Made by a program: the position numbers and the translations under genes. Shown here piece after piece: positions 24,473-26,210 of a DNA stretch of 26,210 nucleotides. Below the pieces are notes generated by a model. It had not been told where the DNA came from, searched no databases, and saw nothing but the letters and a program-made list of their open reading frames with translations. The stretch's first letter is position 1; every line of letters begins with the position of its first letter. The stretch covers positions 1-26,210 of the IMG/VR virus record IMGVR_UViG_3300043422_000294; one strand, given 5' to 3'. Source of the stretch: a virus. Taxonomy: Duplodnaviria > Caudoviricetes.

Positions 24473-25815
24473 TGACCGCCACACCTAAAGTTCTTTGCGC
24501 GATCTACACGCGCAAGTCCACCGAAGAAGGCTTGGACCAAAACTTCAACTCACTGGACGCCCAACACGATGCTTGCGCCAATTACATTGCCAGCCAAAAG
24601 TCTGAGGGCTGGGTAACGCTCAAGGACCGGTATGACGATGGCGGCTTCTCAGGAGGCACACTTGACCGCCCGGCCATCAAGCGTCTGCTCGAAGACGTCC
24701 GTAAGGGACTGGTAAACACCATCGTGGTTTACAAGATTGATCGGTTGTCTCGGTCGCTTGCCGACTTTGCAAAGCTGGTCGAGCTGTTTGACCAGCATAA
24801 GGTGACCTTTGTATCGGTCACCCAGTCATTCAACACCACCACTTCCATGGGGCGGTTGACGCTCAACATACTGCTGTCCTTTGCACAGTTTGAGCGTGAG
24901 TTGTCGGGTGAACGGGTGCGCGACAAGATCGCCGCCTCACGCAAGCGTGGCATCTGGATGGGTGGGATGCCCGCTTTGGGCTATGACGTGGTTGACCGAA
25001 AGCTTGTTGCCAATCCGCAGGAGTCGGCCATCATCCAAGAGATGTTCTCCCGCTTTGCCGCGACGCCATCGATGTCCACCATCGTCAAAGACCTGCGCAA
25101 ACGCGGCATCACTTCTAAGTCTTGGACAACGTCCAAGGGTGTCGAGCGCCAAGGCAAACTGATCACCAAGGGAGCTGTCTACAAGATCTTCAGCAACCCG
25201 GTCTACATCGGCATTGCTGCCTATAAGGGACAGCACTTCCCCGGCGAGCACGAGGGCATCATCACCCAGGAACTTTGGGACACAGTGCAGACGCACCTGA
25301 AAAACGGCACCCCAATGAATAAGGCGCGACTGGCGGGTCGCGGCAGCGCACCCTCCCTGCTGCGGGGCCTGCTGTTCTCGGAGCAAGGACGGGCCTTCAC
25401 GCCTGGCTGGACGCGCAAGCAGCACAAAACCTACCGTTACTACATCAACACCGACTCGATCAAGATCGGCAAAGAAAGCTGCGACATCTGCCGCATCCCC
25501 GCCGGTGAGATCGAACAGGTGGTTGTTGAAAAGATGCGCGGCATCCTGCGCTCACCTGAGGTGCTGGCCCACGCGGTGCGTGAGGTCAATACGCAGCGGC
25601 CCAAGGTTGAAGAGACAAAAGCAATTAGCGTATTGCAGTCTGTCGACGCGGTCTGGGACGAACTCTTCCCTGCGGAGCAGGCCAAAGTTCTGCATACCCT
25701 GGTTGAACGCATCACTGTGCGCAAGGACGGCATATCAATCAAATGGCACGACAAGGGGTTGAACAAGCTGTTGCGCGACACACTCGAACCACAAAAAGAA
25801 CTGGAGGCTGCATGA
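24472..25815 (+). CDS. Large serine recombinase (putative integrase)
   Basis: Start MTATPK (TGATG, AAGGAG SD); AIYTRKS catalytic Ser, DGGFSGG..RP, KIDRLSRS, SFAQFERE, recombinase domain NPVYIG...GEHEGII. Confidence 0.94.
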   Translation: MTATPKVLCAIYTRKSTEEGLDQNFNSLDAQHDACANYIASQKSEGWVTLKDRYDDGGFSGGTLDRPAIKRLLEDVRKGLVNTIVVYKIDRLSRSLADFAKLVELFDQHKVTFVSVTQSFNTTTSMGRLTLNILLSFAQFERELSGERVRDKIAASRKRGIWMGGMPALGYDVVDRKLVANPQESAIIQEMFSRFAATPSMSTIVKDLRKRGITSKSWTTSKGVERQGKLITKGAVYKIFSNPVYIGIAAYKGQHFPGEHEGIITQELWDTVQTHLKNGTPMNKARLAGRGSAPSLLRGLLFSEQGRAFTPGWTRKQHKTYRYYINTDSIKIGKESCDICRIPAGEIEQVVVEKMRGILRSPEVLAHAVREVNTQRPKVEETKAISVLQSVDAVWDELFPAEQAKVLHTLVERITVRKDGISIKWHDKGLNKLLRDTLEPQKELEAA

Positions 25816-26210
25816 GCAACGATACCGACGCGGGTCTTACGACCGAAATTCCGATGACTTTTCGCAGGCGTGGGGGCAAGGCGGTGATCGTGATGCCCGA
25901 CGGTTCGCGGGCGATCGAGCGGCGTGAGGCACTGATTGACAACGCCATGGTCAAACTCTTGGCACGCGGCCACCGCTGGCACCGGAAACTATTTGATGGC
26001 ACCCACGCTTCAATTGAAGACATGGCCAAGTCAGAGAACATCAGTCCATCATTTGTCAGCAGAATACTGCGTCTGGCCTATTTGTCACCCACGGTCGTTG
26101 AAGCCATCCTAGACGGGAAGTACCCGGCGCACCTGACGATGAAGGATCTTATGGAGCCGTTCCCAATGGATTGGTCAATGCAGGAGAAGATATTTTTACA
26201 GCCAAAGTAG
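25812..26210 (+). CDS. HTH-containing recombinase-associated protein
   Basis: Start MSNDTD (ATGA overlap, GGAGG SD); IPMTFRRRGGK.VIV, LARGHRW...SIEDMAKSENISPSFVSRILRLAYLSP.VVEAILDG..P...DW..Q. Confidence 0.85.
   Translation: MSNDTDAGLTTEIPMTFRRRGGKAVIVMPDGSRAIERREALIDNAMVKLLARGHRWHRKLFDGTHASIEDMAKSENISPSFVSRILRLAYLSPTVVEAILDGKYPAHLTMKDLMEPFPMDWSMQEKIFLQPK

Larger units (their letters stand above)
1..26210. mobile_element. Temperate HK97-like prophage (partial: head, packaging, late control, replication, early and recombinase modules); extends beyond the left edge, right boundary not seen
   Basis: Syntenic HNH-terS-terL-portal-protease-capsid-connector-head closure order, phage replication genes and a large serine recombinase; no host housekeeping genes; att sites not identified. 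Confidence 0.95.

Noticed and set aside
2683-25812. Long N-terminal extensions in the ORF track (capsid 2734, protease 3856, vapB 7019, DUF3489 9691, MTase 11591, higB 12312, DUF6456 12912, nuclease 19153, AAA 21002, recombinase 24433, last gene 25743)
   Set aside because: Downstream ATGs fit SD sites, promoter positions, overlap coupling or family N-termini better
25795-25815. Recombinase C-terminal LEAA as a ClpX degron
   Set aside because: Largely dictated by the overlapping GGAGG SD and ATGA start of the next gene, so not independent evidence
1-26210. tRNA, rRNA, IS elements, reverse transcriptase/DGR, att core repeats
   Set aside because: None recognisable by eye; tRNAscan/Infernal and flanking sequence would be needed to exclude them formally

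Overview
The whole window is the head-packaging, late-control, replication and early half of a temperate HK97-type (cos/HNH) prophage, most likely from a betaproteobacterial host (inferred from protein families, not provable here). Most genes are on the minus strand, reading right to left: an AT-richer 321-aa protein with a C-terminal HTH, an ECF-like sigma factor, a replication/recombination block (Sak4-like AAA, DUF669, Cas4-like exonuclease, RadD-like SF2 helicase, PrimPol-PriCT2-P-loop protein followed by an iteron cluster, RuvC-like resolvase), a DUF6456-like late regulator, a late promoter plus terminator, ParB-DNA methyltransferase, HNH, putative cos, TerS, TerL, portal, S49 protease, major capsid and head-completion genes. 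Inserted among these are higBA, vapBC, an orphan truncated DUF1778-like antitoxin, a moron next to cos and a DUF6900/DUF3489 operon. At the right end is a plus-strand small ORF-DUF2924-large serine recombinase-HTH operon. No cI/cro switch is visible in the window. The most notable signal is a candidate regulatory circuit. Two distinct non-sigma70 motifs each occur twice, upstream of separate operons: TGAGAAAA-N13/14-CGGTA-N9-ATG and CTTG-N14-CAGAGCGTTCATA. In addition, a hairpin buries the sigma gene's SD and start codon, and early proteins carry ssrA-like (A/S)ANDxx(F/M) motifs. Family names are from recognition of motifs, not from database searches.
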